Positions 1 to 8,853 are shown, counted from the stretch's first letter. The stretch is 32,000 bases of DNA from Candidatus Jordarchaeales archaeon (GCA_038858525.1 JAWCFL010000001.1:107074-139073); one strand, 5' to 3'. Numbers and translations are program-made. Notes: generated by a model from the letters alone, not told the origin.

Positions 1-1254
1 GAAAACTACAATAGGATCCCTGAAGTTATCCCACCAAACTTGCCTGAGAGAGTTTACATATGGGACGAAACGTTAAGAGACGGAGAGCAAACCCCGGGCG
101 TTTTCCTTACCGTGGAAGAAAAAGTAGAGATCGCTAAACTTCTAGATGAAGTAGGAGTAAGCGTTATTGTCCCAGGCTACCCTGCGGTATCAAGAACAGA
201 AAAAGAGGCCGTAAAAAGGATAACTAGTGAAAACTTGAGCAACGCCTTGGTGGCAGCTCCAGCGAGGCCAAGAAAAGAGGACATAGACTTGTGTCTAGAA
301 TGCAATGTGGATGAAATACCCATCTTTATGCCGACAAGCAGACTCATGATGAAATACTCCCTAAACAAGACTCTTCAAGAAGCAGTAGAGATGATTTCTG
401 ATGCTATTTCCTACACATTAGACCACGATGTAAAAGTAGATTTTGTCGCCGAGGATGCGTCACGAGCAAAAATGGAAGATTTGATATATATATCTAAAGT
501 AATTGCAGAAGCTGGAGCGAGTAAAATAATAATAGCAGACACCGTAGGGGTTATGCGTCCTCTCTCAATGAAGTACTTAATAAGTAGTTTGCGTGCAGCG
601 CTCAAGGATCACAAAATAGAGTTTGCAGTCCATTGCCATAACGACTTAGGCTTAGCCACAGCGAACACGCTAGCAGCCGTCGAGGAAGGCGTCATCTATC
701 CTCATACGTGCGTAAACGGTTATGGCGAAAGAGCCGGTAATGCTGCCTTTGAAGAGATAGTCGTTGCCCTAGAAGTGCTATACGGAGTTAAAACTGGAAT
801 AAAAATGGAGAAAATCTATGAGTTATCTCAATTCGTGGAGCGCTGCTTTGACATTCCCGTCCCTCTTCACAAACCATTAGTGGGGGGAAACGCGTTTACC
901 CATGAAAGTGGCATACACGTTCGTGCACTTTTACATCATAAGCTAACCTATCAACCGATACTACCAGAAACAATAGGTAGAAAAACAGAATTTCTTCTAG
1001 GAAAATTCACTGGCAGCGGCATAATACGTTACATGCTTAAAAGTAGAGGAATAGAGGTCACCGAAGAACAGCTCAAGGAAATAGTTGAACGAGTCAAAGA
1101 ACTACAAGAAAGCAGAGGCAAGGTAGTCGCAAAAGAGGCGTTTTCAAAAGTTAAACAGCTTTTAAGGGAGGTCAGAAGAAATGTCTCTGAAAAAGAGCTC
1201 TTAGATATAGTTAACGAAGTCTTACGAGAAGGAAAAGTACAAGCCGGAGGATAA
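1..1254 (+). CDS. DRE-TIM metallolyase (2-isopropylmalate/citramalate/homocitrate synthase family), lacking the LeuA C-terminal regulatory domain; 5' end probably upstream of the window
   Basis: Motifs DETLRDGEQTPG, HCHNDLGLA, NGYGERAGNA, HESGIH. The frame is open from base 1 (ENYNRIPEVIPPNLPERV...), so the TTG at 40 is probably not the true start. Confidence 0.85.
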   Translation, partial: ENYNRIPEVIPPNLPERVYIWDETLRDGEQTPGVFLTVEEKVEIAKLLDEVGVSVIVPGYPAVSRTEKEAVKRITSENLSNALVAAPARPRKEDIDLCLECNVDEIPIFMPTSRLMMKYSLNKTLQEAVEMISDAISYTLDHDVKVDFVAEDASRAKMEDLIYISKVIAEAGASKIIIADTVGVMRPLSMKYLISSLRAALKDHKIEFAVHCHNDLGLATANTLAAVEEGVIYPHTCVNGYGERAGNAAFEEIVVALEVLYGVKTGIKMEKIYELSQFVERCFDIPVPLHKPLVGGNAFTHESGIHVRALLHHKLTYQPILPETIGRKTEFLLGKFTGSGIIRYMLKSRGIEVTEEQLKEIVERVKELQESRGKVVAKEAFSKVKQLLREVRRNVSEKELLDIVNEVLREGKVQAGG

Positions 1255-1329
1255 TATTACAATTACAGAACGAAGACAAAAAGAGCTTCGAACCTCCCTT
1301 CTTAACTCGAAGTGAGAAGTAGCATGAAG

Positions 1330-2649
1330 CTATTTGAAGAAAATGGCTCTGCCGATACCATAATATGTCTTTACTCTGGAATATGGTGATAAAATATTTC
1401 TGCCGTCTATTACTATTGTGTCTTCTGGTAAATCGATATTCCGAAAGGCATCATGATCTGTGGCGATTATTATGCAGTCTCTTTTCCTAATTGCTTCATT
1501 TATGCTTTGAGCCACTTTAACTCCTTCACCTTCCACTTTTTTCAGTAACGGGTCATATACTATAATATCGTATATTCCTTTTTTGCGTAGTAAGTCTATT
1601 ATTTTGAGAGCAGGAGAGTTACGTGTGTCCTTTAAGTTTCTCTTATACCCTAAACCCAAAACAGATATTTTAGCATCTGAAGCACGAATTCCCTTCTTTT
1701 CTATCGCCTTAACTGCCAAGTCTACGACATGAGCAGGCATAGAATCATTTATACTTCTTGCCGCCTCTAGAAGAGAGGTGTCGATGCTCATTCTCTTTCC
1801 GACACTTATTAACATGCAGGTAGCTGGCCCTATGCAATACCCGCCAACGCCACACCCCGGCTTCATCCTTATAAAGTTCCATTTTGTCGCGGCAGCATTC
1901 AAAGCTTCCTCTATATCTACACCCAGTTTTTCAGCGATCAAAGCGAATAAATTAGTTAACGCTATGTTGACATCCCTTTGCGCATTCTCCATCACCTTAA
2001 CCAGTTCAGCCGTGGTAGCCGTGGAAACTTTAACTACTTTATCGGTGATTTGATTGTAAAGCCAGTATGCCGCCTCACTTGAAACTTCGTCTACACCACC
2101 CACCACCTTCGGAATGTTCCAAATCTTATGGTTTGAATTTCCGACGTCTATCCTTTCCGGCGAGAAAGCCAGCAAGAAATCCTTCCCAGCCCTTAAACCC
2201 GTTGCATTTTCAAGCATGGGTTTTATTAATCCTTCCGTAGTTCCTGGTGGAACGGTGCTCTCAGTAATAAGCAACTTTCCACGAACACCTCCTTTAATAA
2301 TAGAATTGTAAGCAGAAACCAAGCAGCTTAAATCAAAATCAGTAGTACCCGTAGCGTGAGTAGGAACTGTGACAATGACCACATCTCCAAGAGAAGAAGC
2401 CTCGGCGATATCTGTACTAAAGGTCATGCATGACCCATAACGCTTTAGCACATCTGATACCCAGAGCTCCTCATCAATGTAGTTTACACCTTGTCTTAAT
2501 GCGTCCACCTTTGATTTATCAGTATCAAAACCATAAATCCTGAATCCCTTCCACGCGAAGACGCAAGCAACGCTAAGTCCAACATATCCAAGTCCCACGA
2601 CGGAAATTGCAACCTGTTTCTGTTTAATCCTCTCAATTAACTCCTCCAT
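1330..2649 (-). CDS. Nucleotide-sugar 6-dehydrogenase (UDP-N-acetyl-mannosamine/glucosamine dehydrogenase, WecC/WbpA-like)
   Basis: Rossmann VVGLGYVG, ESTVPPGTT, FSPERI, KVMENAQRDVNIA, catalytic Cys in GVGGYC, C-terminal GLGYKRNLKDTRNSP. Confidence 0.88.
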   Translation of the reverse strand: MEELIERIKQKQVAISVVGLGYVGLSVACVFAWKGFRIYGFDTDKSKVDALRQGVNYIDEELWVSDVLKRYGSCMTFSTDIAEASSLGDVVIVTVPTHATGTTDFDLSCLVSAYNSIIKGGVRGKLLITESTVPPGTTEGLIKPMLENATGLRAGKDFLLAFSPERIDVGNSNHKIWNIPKVVGGVDEVSSEAAYWLYNQITDKVVKVSTATTAELVKVMENAQRDVNIALTNLFALIAEKLGVDIEEALNAAATKWNFIRMKPGCGVGGYCIGPATCMLISVGKRMSIDTSLLEAARSINDSMPAHVVDLAVKAIEKKGIRASDAKISVLGLGYKRNLKDTRNSPALKIIDLLRKKGIYDIIVYDPLLKKVEGEGVKVAQSINEAIRKRDCIIIATDHDAFRNIDLPEDTIVIDGRNILSPYSRVKTYYGIGRAIFFK

Positions 2650-2710
2650 TTATTGTTCCTCCTATTGAAAAAGGAAACTTAATGAGCGGAATAATTCACT
2701 TGAAAGGACG

Positions 2711-2735
2711 AAAAGAAAAAAGAATAAATAACCTT
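2711..2735 (+). promoter_or_regulatory. Probable BRE/TATA promoter of the tRNA gene
   Basis: Purine-rich AAAAGAAAAAAG followed by AATAAATA about 30-35 nt upstream of tRNA nucleotide 1. Confidence 0.5.
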
Positions 2736-2777
2736 TAGTCCGAAAGCTCTCTTAGGCAACGTGGGGGCGTGGTCTAG

Positions 2778-2807
2778 GTATCGGTGGCTTGCCCTCCGAT
2801 AGGAGAA
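2778..2807 (+). other. tRNA intron 1 (position 15/16, 30 nt)
   Basis: Intron helix TATCGG/CCGATA (2779-2784/2796-2801), bulges AG^G and AA^C, central helix GTCT/GGAG (3 pairs plus one G-G mismatch): relaxed BHB. Confidence 0.8.
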
Positions 2808-2817
2808 CTTGGTATGA

Positions 2818-2848
2818 ACCCGATAGGTGCTCTCCTACCGGGGTGCAA
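2818..2848 (+). other. tRNA intron 2 (position 24/25, 31 nt)
   Basis: Hairpin CCCGaTAGG/CCTAcCGGG, central helix GTAT/GTGC (2812-2815/2843-2846), bulges GA^A and AA^T. Confidence 0.8.
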
Positions 2849-2849
2849 T

Positions 2850-2870
2850 ACCCTCAAAGAGGGGCGTGAG
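2850..2870 (+). other. tRNA intron 3 (position 25/26, 21 nt)
   Basis: After intron 2 removal: outer helix GG/CC, central helix TATG/CGTG (2865-2868), bulges AT^A and AG^T, intron helix CCC/GGG, giving a complete hBHBh' motif. Confidence 0.78.
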
Positions 2871-2887
2871 TCCTGCCTGGGGCGCAG

Positions 2888-2923
2888 AGCAGTGTAGAAC
2901 CACTTTCTGCACTGCTAGCGTAA
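2888..2923 (+). other. tRNA intron 4 (position 42/43, 36 nt)
   Basis: 12-bp hairpin AGCAGTGTAGAA/TTCTGCACTGCT, central helix GCGC/GCGT (2882-2885/2918-2921), bulges AG^A and AA^G. Removal restores anticodon stem GCAG+G. Confidence 0.85.
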
Positions 2924-3057
2924 GCGGTCCCGAGTTCAAGTCTCGGCGCCCCCACCAAATTCAGAATTTTCGCGTTTTGACAAGGAAATTCTTTAAAGGA
3001 AAATTTTAAAGTGGACTTGGTAGGAGTTAGCTTAAAGAGGTTACGTGGTGAATTATT

Positions 3058-4095
3058 TTGGCTCGAACCGCCGTGATCTATCACTCAGAATATCTCAACC
3101 ATGGTGTTGACGATCATCCCGAGAACAAGAGACGGTTAGAGGCTGTTATGCGATTTTTGGAGGAAGAGGGGGTTCTGAGAGCTCCTGAGGTGAAGGTACT
3201 AGAGCCTGAGAGGGCGGGTATTGAGGAGGTTATGCTTAATCATGACGTAGAGTATATTGAATATGTCCGCGCGCTTTCCGACATCGGAGGCATGCTTGAC
3301 CCAGATACAGTAGTTACTAAGGGGAGTTACGAGGTTGCTTTGAGGGCTGTGGGGGGCGGAATACTGGCTGCTAGGGTTGTCGCTGAGGGAAAATTTGATA
3401 ATGCTTTTGCCCTTGTTCGCCCACCAGGGCATCATGCAGAAAGGGGGAGTGGGCATGGGTTCTGCATATTTAACAATATAGCGATTGTCGCCCGTATCCT
3501 TCTTAAAGAGGGCTTTAAGCGGATAATGATTGTGGACATAGACTGCCATCATGGAAATGGAACTCAGAATGCTTTTTATGAGTCCAGTGAGGTTCTCTAT
3601 TTAAGCCTCCATCAGTGGGGTATCTATCCAGGAACCGGCTGGCTAGAGGAAGTAGGATATGGAGAGGGGGAAGGATACACTGTTAATATTCCTCTTCCTT
3701 CTGGAACGGGGGACCAAGAGTATCTTTACGCTCTTGAGGAGGTTATGATGCCGATAGTGGACGATTATAGGCCAGAGTTCATATTGGTTTCTGCTGGTTT
3801 CGACACTCATTACTCTGACCCGATAACTTCGATGAAACTTACATCTGTTGGGCATCGTGAAGTGGCAGGCGTTCTTCTCGATGCTGCAAAGAAAAATGGC
3901 GGGAAAATCGTTTTCGTGCTTGAGGGAGGATATAGTCTTTCAGCTATACCAAAAAGCATAGCGAATATAATATGCCTTATTTCAGGGATAGACAGGTCAT
4001 GGGATGACAAGAAAGTTGAGGGGGTGGGGTTAGATAGAGTAAAAAGGAGGGTTGAAGAGGTAAAGCAGGTTCTTAAATCGTACTGGAAATTTTAA
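3058..4095 (+). CDS. Zn-dependent histone deacetylase-family protein (HDAC/AcuC/AphA superfamily)
   Basis: HPE..RL, RPPGHHA, GFCIFNN, DIDCHHGNGTQ, YPGTG, SAGFD, LEGGY motifs; TTG start. Confidence 0.93.
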   Translation: MARTAVIYHSEYLNHGVDDHPENKRRLEAVMRFLEEEGVLRAPEVKVLEPERAGIEEVMLNHDVEYIEYVRALSDIGGMLDPDTVVTKGSYEVALRAVGGGILAARVVAEGKFDNAFALVRPPGHHAERGSGHGFCIFNNIAIVARILLKEGFKRIMIVDIDCHHGNGTQNAFYESSEVLYLSLHQWGIYPGTGWLEEVGYGEGEGYTVNIPLPSGTGDQEYLYALEEVMMPIVDDYRPEFILVSAGFDTHYSDPITSMKLTSVGHREVAGVLLDAAKKNGGKIVFVLEGGYSLSAIPKSIANIICLISGIDRSWDDKKVEGVGLDRVKRRVEEVKQVLKSYWKF

Positions 4096-4115
4096 CAGGA
4101 AGGAGGGTAGCGTGC

Positions 4116-5309
4116 ATGAAGAAGTTTAAGATAGCGACAGAGGAGGAAATAAAGGCTGGTAAAACAACGGATGTTTATTTTTTAAGAACCATTGAGGTTT
4201 TAAAGAAAAATGGGCTTGATAGCGTAAATGTGACGGCTGAGGTGACAACGGGTTCATTACCGAGGGGGTGGCCTTGGGCGGTACTGGCAGGCGTATCCGA
4301 AGTAGCGCACTTAATGGAGGGAAAAAAAGTTAATGTTTACTCGATGCCTGAGGGGACCATTTTTAAAGCAAGTGACTATGGAGGGTTTCGAGAACCCGTC
4401 ATGTTTGTGGAGGGAGCTTATGGCGAGTTTGCCTTGTTTGAAACACCTTTGCTTGGACTCGTATGTCAGGCATCGGGTATTGCGACCTCAGCTGCGAGGC
4501 TGCGTAAACTGGCTCCAGACAAGATTATTCTTTCCTTCGGAATCAGGCGTATGCACCCAGCAATCAGTCCACTGATCGATTACTGTTGCTATATAGGCGG
4601 GCTGGATGGTGTCTCTGGTGTTCTAGGAGCGGAAGAGCTGGGTATCCGGCCGAGCGGAACAATGCCTCACGCGCTCATAATAGTGTTTGGCGACCAGGTT
4701 AGAGCATGGAAGGCTTTTGATGAAGCTTTACCCGCTGATATCCCAAGAATAGCGTTATGTGATACGTGGTTTGATGAGAAGGCCGAGACAATAATGGCGG
4801 CTGAGGCGCTTGGAGGTAGACTTTGGGGTGTACGCCTGGACACTCCTAGTAGCAGGAGAGGAGACTTTGCGTCAATAGTAAGAGAGGTTAGATGGGAACT
4901 AAACTTGAGGGGATATACTAACGTTAAGATCCTTGTTTCAGGCGGTATAGGGGAAGAGGAAATAAAGCAGCTCAGCGATGCTGGGGTTGATGGGTTTGGT
5001 GTAGGGACATGGTGCAGCAATTCTCCGGTAATAGACTTCGCTTTGGATATTGTGGAAATTTCAAGAAAGCCTGTTGCGAAAAGAGGGAAGCTTGGAGGTA
5101 AAAAACAAGTTTGGAGATGCAAGAAGTGCTTTATTGATGTTGTAAAGCCAGCGAAGGATGAGGTGCCTCCAGAGTGCCCGAACTGCAAAACAAAAATGGA
5201 GGCAATGCTTCAACCCTTAGTTAAGAATGGAGAAATAGTAGCAAAACTTCCATCACCCCAGGAAATTAGAAGGTACGTTCTAGACCAGCTATCCAGAGTG
5301 TCGATATAG
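4116..5309 (+). CDS. pncB: Nicotinate phosphoribosyltransferase (archaeal type, C-terminal CxxC..CxxC Zn ribbon)
   Basis: TDVYF, FGIRRMHP, GTMPHAL, VRLDTPSSRRG, SGG, GFGVGT; C-terminal CKKC/CPNC. Confidence 0.92.
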   Translation: MKKFKIATEEEIKAGKTTDVYFLRTIEVLKKNGLDSVNVTAEVTTGSLPRGWPWAVLAGVSEVAHLMEGKKVNVYSMPEGTIFKASDYGGFREPVMFVEGAYGEFALFETPLLGLVCQASGIATSAARLRKLAPDKIILSFGIRRMHPAISPLIDYCCYIGGLDGVSGVLGAEELGIRPSGTMPHALIIVFGDQVRAWKAFDEALPADIPRIALCDTWFDEKAETIMAAEALGGRLWGVRLDTPSSRRGDFASIVREVRWELNLRGYTNVKILVSGGIGEEEIKQLSDAGVDGFGVGTWCSNSPVIDFALDIVEISRKPVAKRGKLGGKKQVWRCKKCFIDVVKPAKDEVPPECPNCKTKMEAMLQPLVKNGEIVAKLPSPQEIRRYVLDQLSRVSI

Positions 5310-5378
5310 GCAACCTAATTGAAACAATAGGTTTTATGCTGACATTTAGAACTCTGCCAATTTGACTCACTTTAATCT

Positions 5379-7513
5379 TCAAGTCTTTAATTCTTTCTTT
5401 TCCCCGCTAGAGACTTGATCCTTTATTTTTCTTGCCGTTTCAGGACCCTATTTTTGTAGGCTAGCTAGTTTTTCGAGGAAGATAGGTTTAAGTCATCAAT
5501 GGAACGTACACTTGCATTAAACAGCATCCTAGCTCTAACTTTGCCTACGCATTCAACTTCACGATGTCCAGTAACTCTTCTTTGATGCCATACCTTATCC
5601 CGTTCATGCATTTTTCCGAGAAAACGAATTTTATCGGTCATGTCTAGTATATTTGCTATTTCACTTGCTGCATACGTCAACTATTCTGGCTATTTCGACT
5701 AAAGGATAAGTATCTCCCACACCGACAACGAGAAAGTCCACTACTTCGTCCTTATCGACCTCACCTATCCACTCTTAGTAGAAAGGCGGTCTTGACCTCT
5801 AAAAAGGAGCCGTTCGTACTTCGCCGGATCAGATTCATAGTTCGGTACTTCTGTCATGAAAAAGTCTTTGTTATTTTCTACAATCGTGGAAAACTGGTAA
5901 TCCTTTTGTAAGGTAAAGCCGCAGCATATCCGGCGTGGTGCATAACAAGTATAGATAGTTTATTTCTAAGGGAGGCGGGAATCTTAAGCCGTTGATTATC
6001 TTAATCACGGATAATGGGTCTACGTAAACTTCTGCAACACGCTTTCCTAGTGGGGATGCCGCTAAATTTCTGTCTGAGATTTTTTAGAAACCCGTTGTTC
6101 GAAAGAAACGTTAATACGTTCTTTATCGTTTTGGGAGTATCTTTATGTATCCGCCTTGCGGATAAGCGTAGAAACTTCCACTAAAGAGCTAAGAAGTTCT
6201 TCCTCGGCCATTTACATAGCCGGATACCACTAGAGATAAAACGTGACATCTGAGAGCGTTCTCGGATGAAAGCTTGGACTCTACTCTTTCGTGGCTCCCC
6301 TTTCACGTAACGTTTCAAAAGAAGTGATTTTCCTTAGTGTTTTTAGCTACTAAGATTGCTTCACCAACCACATCATATTTTAGTCTTCCAGCCCTACCAG
6401 CCATTTGCTTATAAACAGGTATAGGCGTTCATTCCACCTTCGGCTTCTTTTGTAATTTCTGATTATTACGTGTCTTGCTGGAAGGTTAACACCCGCAGCT
6501 AAAGTTGGCGTTGCACAAACTACTTTAATCAGGTTTTCCTTTGAAGCCATGTTCTACTATTCTTCTTTGGGGAGTACTTAATCCAGCATGATGAAAAAGC
6601 TACGCCTTTTTCGATTGCCGATGTGAACTTCTGAAATTTTGTTTTTCTCACCGCTAGCAACCAACTCCGCAATGATCTCTCTGAGGGAACGCTTCTCTTG
6701 CCTTGTAAGAAGGTGAGCGATGAAATATTAGAGGAGGCGCTATCTACAGTCATTGATCCTCCCTAGTCGCCTCAAAAATGAGCGCTTGACAAGCGTTCTT
6801 AACGGTATTAGCAGCTAAATATACTGCGGCATCACTTGTACTCTCCTCAACAATAGAGGAGGTCCCATCGCTAAACTCGGTTGCTCATCAAAGAAAAAGC
6901 ATTCCTTTAGTTGAACAGGACGCCAATCACTAAATATATGAGCGCCGCCAATCCACCCGCTGATCTCGTCAGCGTTCTTTATTTTTGCGCTTAAAGCTAG
7001 GATTTGAGGAGAAGGAGCAAATTTTTCAGCCTAGTGAGAACTATTTCGAGCGTTGCACCACGGGAAGGGTCACTTAGAAGGTGCATTTCATCTGCAACCA
7101 CAACATTGACCTTAGAAAAATGGATGAGTTTGCCTCATTAAAGCGTCAGCCATTTCGTTAATGCAAACTAATACGTCAAATTCCTCCAGCTCATACTTCA
7201 CAGAGTCGTAGTCTCCCGTTGAAACTCCGACATTACCTAAGCTATTCCACTTCGAAAACTCCTGAAACTTCTCGTTCGCGATGGCACGTAGTAGAACCAA
7301 ATAAAGAGCGCACCCACCTTCCAAGACTTTCTTAATCATACAAAGCTCTGCTATGAGAGTCTTACCCAGCAGCAGTCAGCGCAAGCCAAAACAGCGTTCC
7401 GCCCATTAGGCACACAGCTTCTCACAGCAGCTTCTTGAGGCGAGTATAACTTCTTAATGCCATGTGTCTCTAAAGTCTTCAGGACGTTCGGGCAACAGCT
7501 CGTCAATAAGCAT
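5379..7513 (-). pseudogene. hel308: Ski2-like DNA helicase Hel308/Hjm, full length but broken by many frameshifts (3' end approximate)
   Basis: Fragments read in order across shifting frames from ATG 7513 (MLIDELLPE..GIKKLYSPQEAAV): GKT (7358-7366), RAIANEKFQEF, DEMH (7081-7092), LSAKI, HHAGL (6582-6593), [23 protein letters not shown] (6384-6407), LGKRVAEVYVDPLS, YGIKEELL..VGKVRARMLFNA. Confidence 0.92.
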
Positions 7514-7591
7514 CGAACCTCTCTCCGTTTAAACAAGTTATGTTCTCAGACAAGCGCGTTATCTCTCCTTGTGAATTTATCAAAGTCACAG

Positions 7592-7626
7592 GCTGTCGAA
7601 AGATTCGACATCCTTAAATATGAGTC
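7592..7626. repeat. Left arm of an approximately 35-bp inverted repeat flanking tnpB
   Basis: Reverse complement GACTCATATTTAAG-GATGTCGAATCTTTCGACAGC matches 8912-8947 GACTTATATTTAAATGATGTCGAATCTTTCGACAGC at 33 of 36 positions; 21-bp perfect core at 7592-7612 / 8927-8947. Confidence 0.9.
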
Positions 7627-7723
7627 TTTCAGCTGTCGAATCTTCAGCCTCTCCGTTCCTGTCCATCCGCTTGTCCTCATCGCAAGGCTTGTTAGGGCGG
7701 ACTTCATCCACATCATGGAGCTT

Positions 7724-8853
7724 TCAAGGGAGCCTGAAACTCCTCACATCCTGGAGGAATTTTCTAAGCAGATTTCTACACGCATCCATATGCCTATCTA
7801 TTCCGCATTTCGGGAGCTCTGCTCTTTCGGCTTTATGATTGAGCCACATACCGAGCAGATTTTAGACGTTTCCTCCTATCAACATAAGAGGTTGTGGAGC
7901 CGTTGAGCAGATCTTTATACTCAACATAGAACTGTAGCCTTCTTGTCGGCATGGCATTCCACAACCTTTTGAAACGCTTAGAGTTGATGGAGCATCTCTG
8001 AACCTTTCCCTTAAACTTGTTGTATCGCTTCCCTTTCTTATTCGTTGATTTTCTCATCCCCTTAAGGTCTTCAAAGACTATCGTGTAGCCTCTACATTTG
8101 TTAATTATAGCTTTAGATAGCTTGTGGAGGGCGTCTTTAATCTTGCCGCTCTCTCTTTTTTCCCATACTTTTTCATAAGCCATTTGTAGGTTTTTGTCCC
8201 TTTAGCAACTTTCATTTGGATTCGCTTTCTCTTTTCAAAGTATGCTGAACGTATCCTTTTCTTTTAATCTCGGAAGTATCAATGACGGAGGAGCCTCCAT
8301 CGGTTGCCAGCGCCGTTATGTTTTCCTCGTTTATGTCCAATGCAATAGCTCCTTTAGGCTCTAAGAGGTTGACAACCCATTTAAAGGGTATGAGGACGTA
8401 CTGCTCGTTTATTATGATTTCCCCAATTTTTAGCTCTCCACGCTTCCATGCATCAACGAACTTCCTCTGGTAGCTTCCAAAAAGGAGCTTTAAATGGACA
8501 AGTTTTCTCGGCTTAACCGAAATCCTTATGGTTTCACCATCAAACTTGTAGGCTAAGGGGGAAACCTTCACGAACAGACTCTTAACCTCTGGAACCTCTC
8601 CGCCTCTCTTCTTCCAAGCCTTAACGGCTCCAATTGCTACTCTGTAAGCCGTAACGTAAAAGCTGATTTGGTATGAATATTTACGTTTAAGCTCCACATA
8701 TATGGCATCGTGAAGCGACTTTAGCGACGTAGTCCTTAGTTTTACAAGTTTCTTTATGCAGGCATTAACAATTTCTTGATAATCAGAAAGCAACTTGTCT
8801 ATCTCGGCGTTCTTCTATTTGAAGGGAACTGACTGCACAACCTCTAAAGACAT
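7724..8853 (-). pseudogene. tnpB: TnpB RNA-guided endonuclease (IS605 OrfB / Cas12f-like), inactivated
   Basis: ATG 8853 MSLEVVQSVPFK* (in-frame TAG), RuvC-I ALDIN, bridge helix IRSAYFEKRKRIQ..KYGKRE in a shifted frame, RuvC-II VFEDL, Zn finger TSKICSVCG..KCG, RuvC-III DRHMDACRNL. At least four frameshifts, including an apparent AAAAG duplication near 8255-8265. Confidence 0.9.

Larger units (their letters stand above)
2763..2957 (+). tRNA. tRNA-Pro(GGG) with four introns and genomically encoded CCA
   Basis: Exons 2763-2777, 2808-2817, 2849, 2871-2887 and 2924-2957 join to a 77-nt cloverleaf: GGGGGCG TG GTCT AG CTT GG TA TGAT T CCTGC CTGGGGC GCAGG CGGTC CCGAG TTCAAGT CTCGG CGCCCCC A CCA. Acceptor stem GGGGGCG/CGCCCCC, T arm CCGAG-TTCAAGT-CTCGG, anticodon arm CCTGC/GCAGG with GGG at 2879-2881. 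Confidence 0.9.

Noticed and set aside
1255-1330. CTTCGA...TCGAAG inverted repeat between convergent genes as an ncRNA
   Set aside because: Only 6 bp with a long loop; indistinguishable from chance or a weak terminator.
2763-2957. Intron-containing tRNA-Trp with a box C/D guide in the intron
   Set aside because: The anticodon loop reads CTGGGGC (GGG, Pro), and no box C (RTGATGA)/box D (CTGA) pair is present in the introns.
2827-3084. ORFs 2827-3009 (+) and 2854-3084 (-)
   Set aside because: They overlap the tRNA gene, lack RBS or motifs, and are explained as chance frames.
5465-7536. Short ORFs 5465-5680, 6529-6753, 7112-7339 and 7351-7536 as independent genes
   Set aside because: Each contains part of Hel308 in register with neighbouring fragments; they are pieces of one pseudogene.
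7457-7906. 149-aa plus-strand ORF (and 7620-7838) as a TnpA or accessory gene
   Set aside because: No HUH/Y1 or serine-recombinase motif; antisense to the tnpB 3' end and element end.
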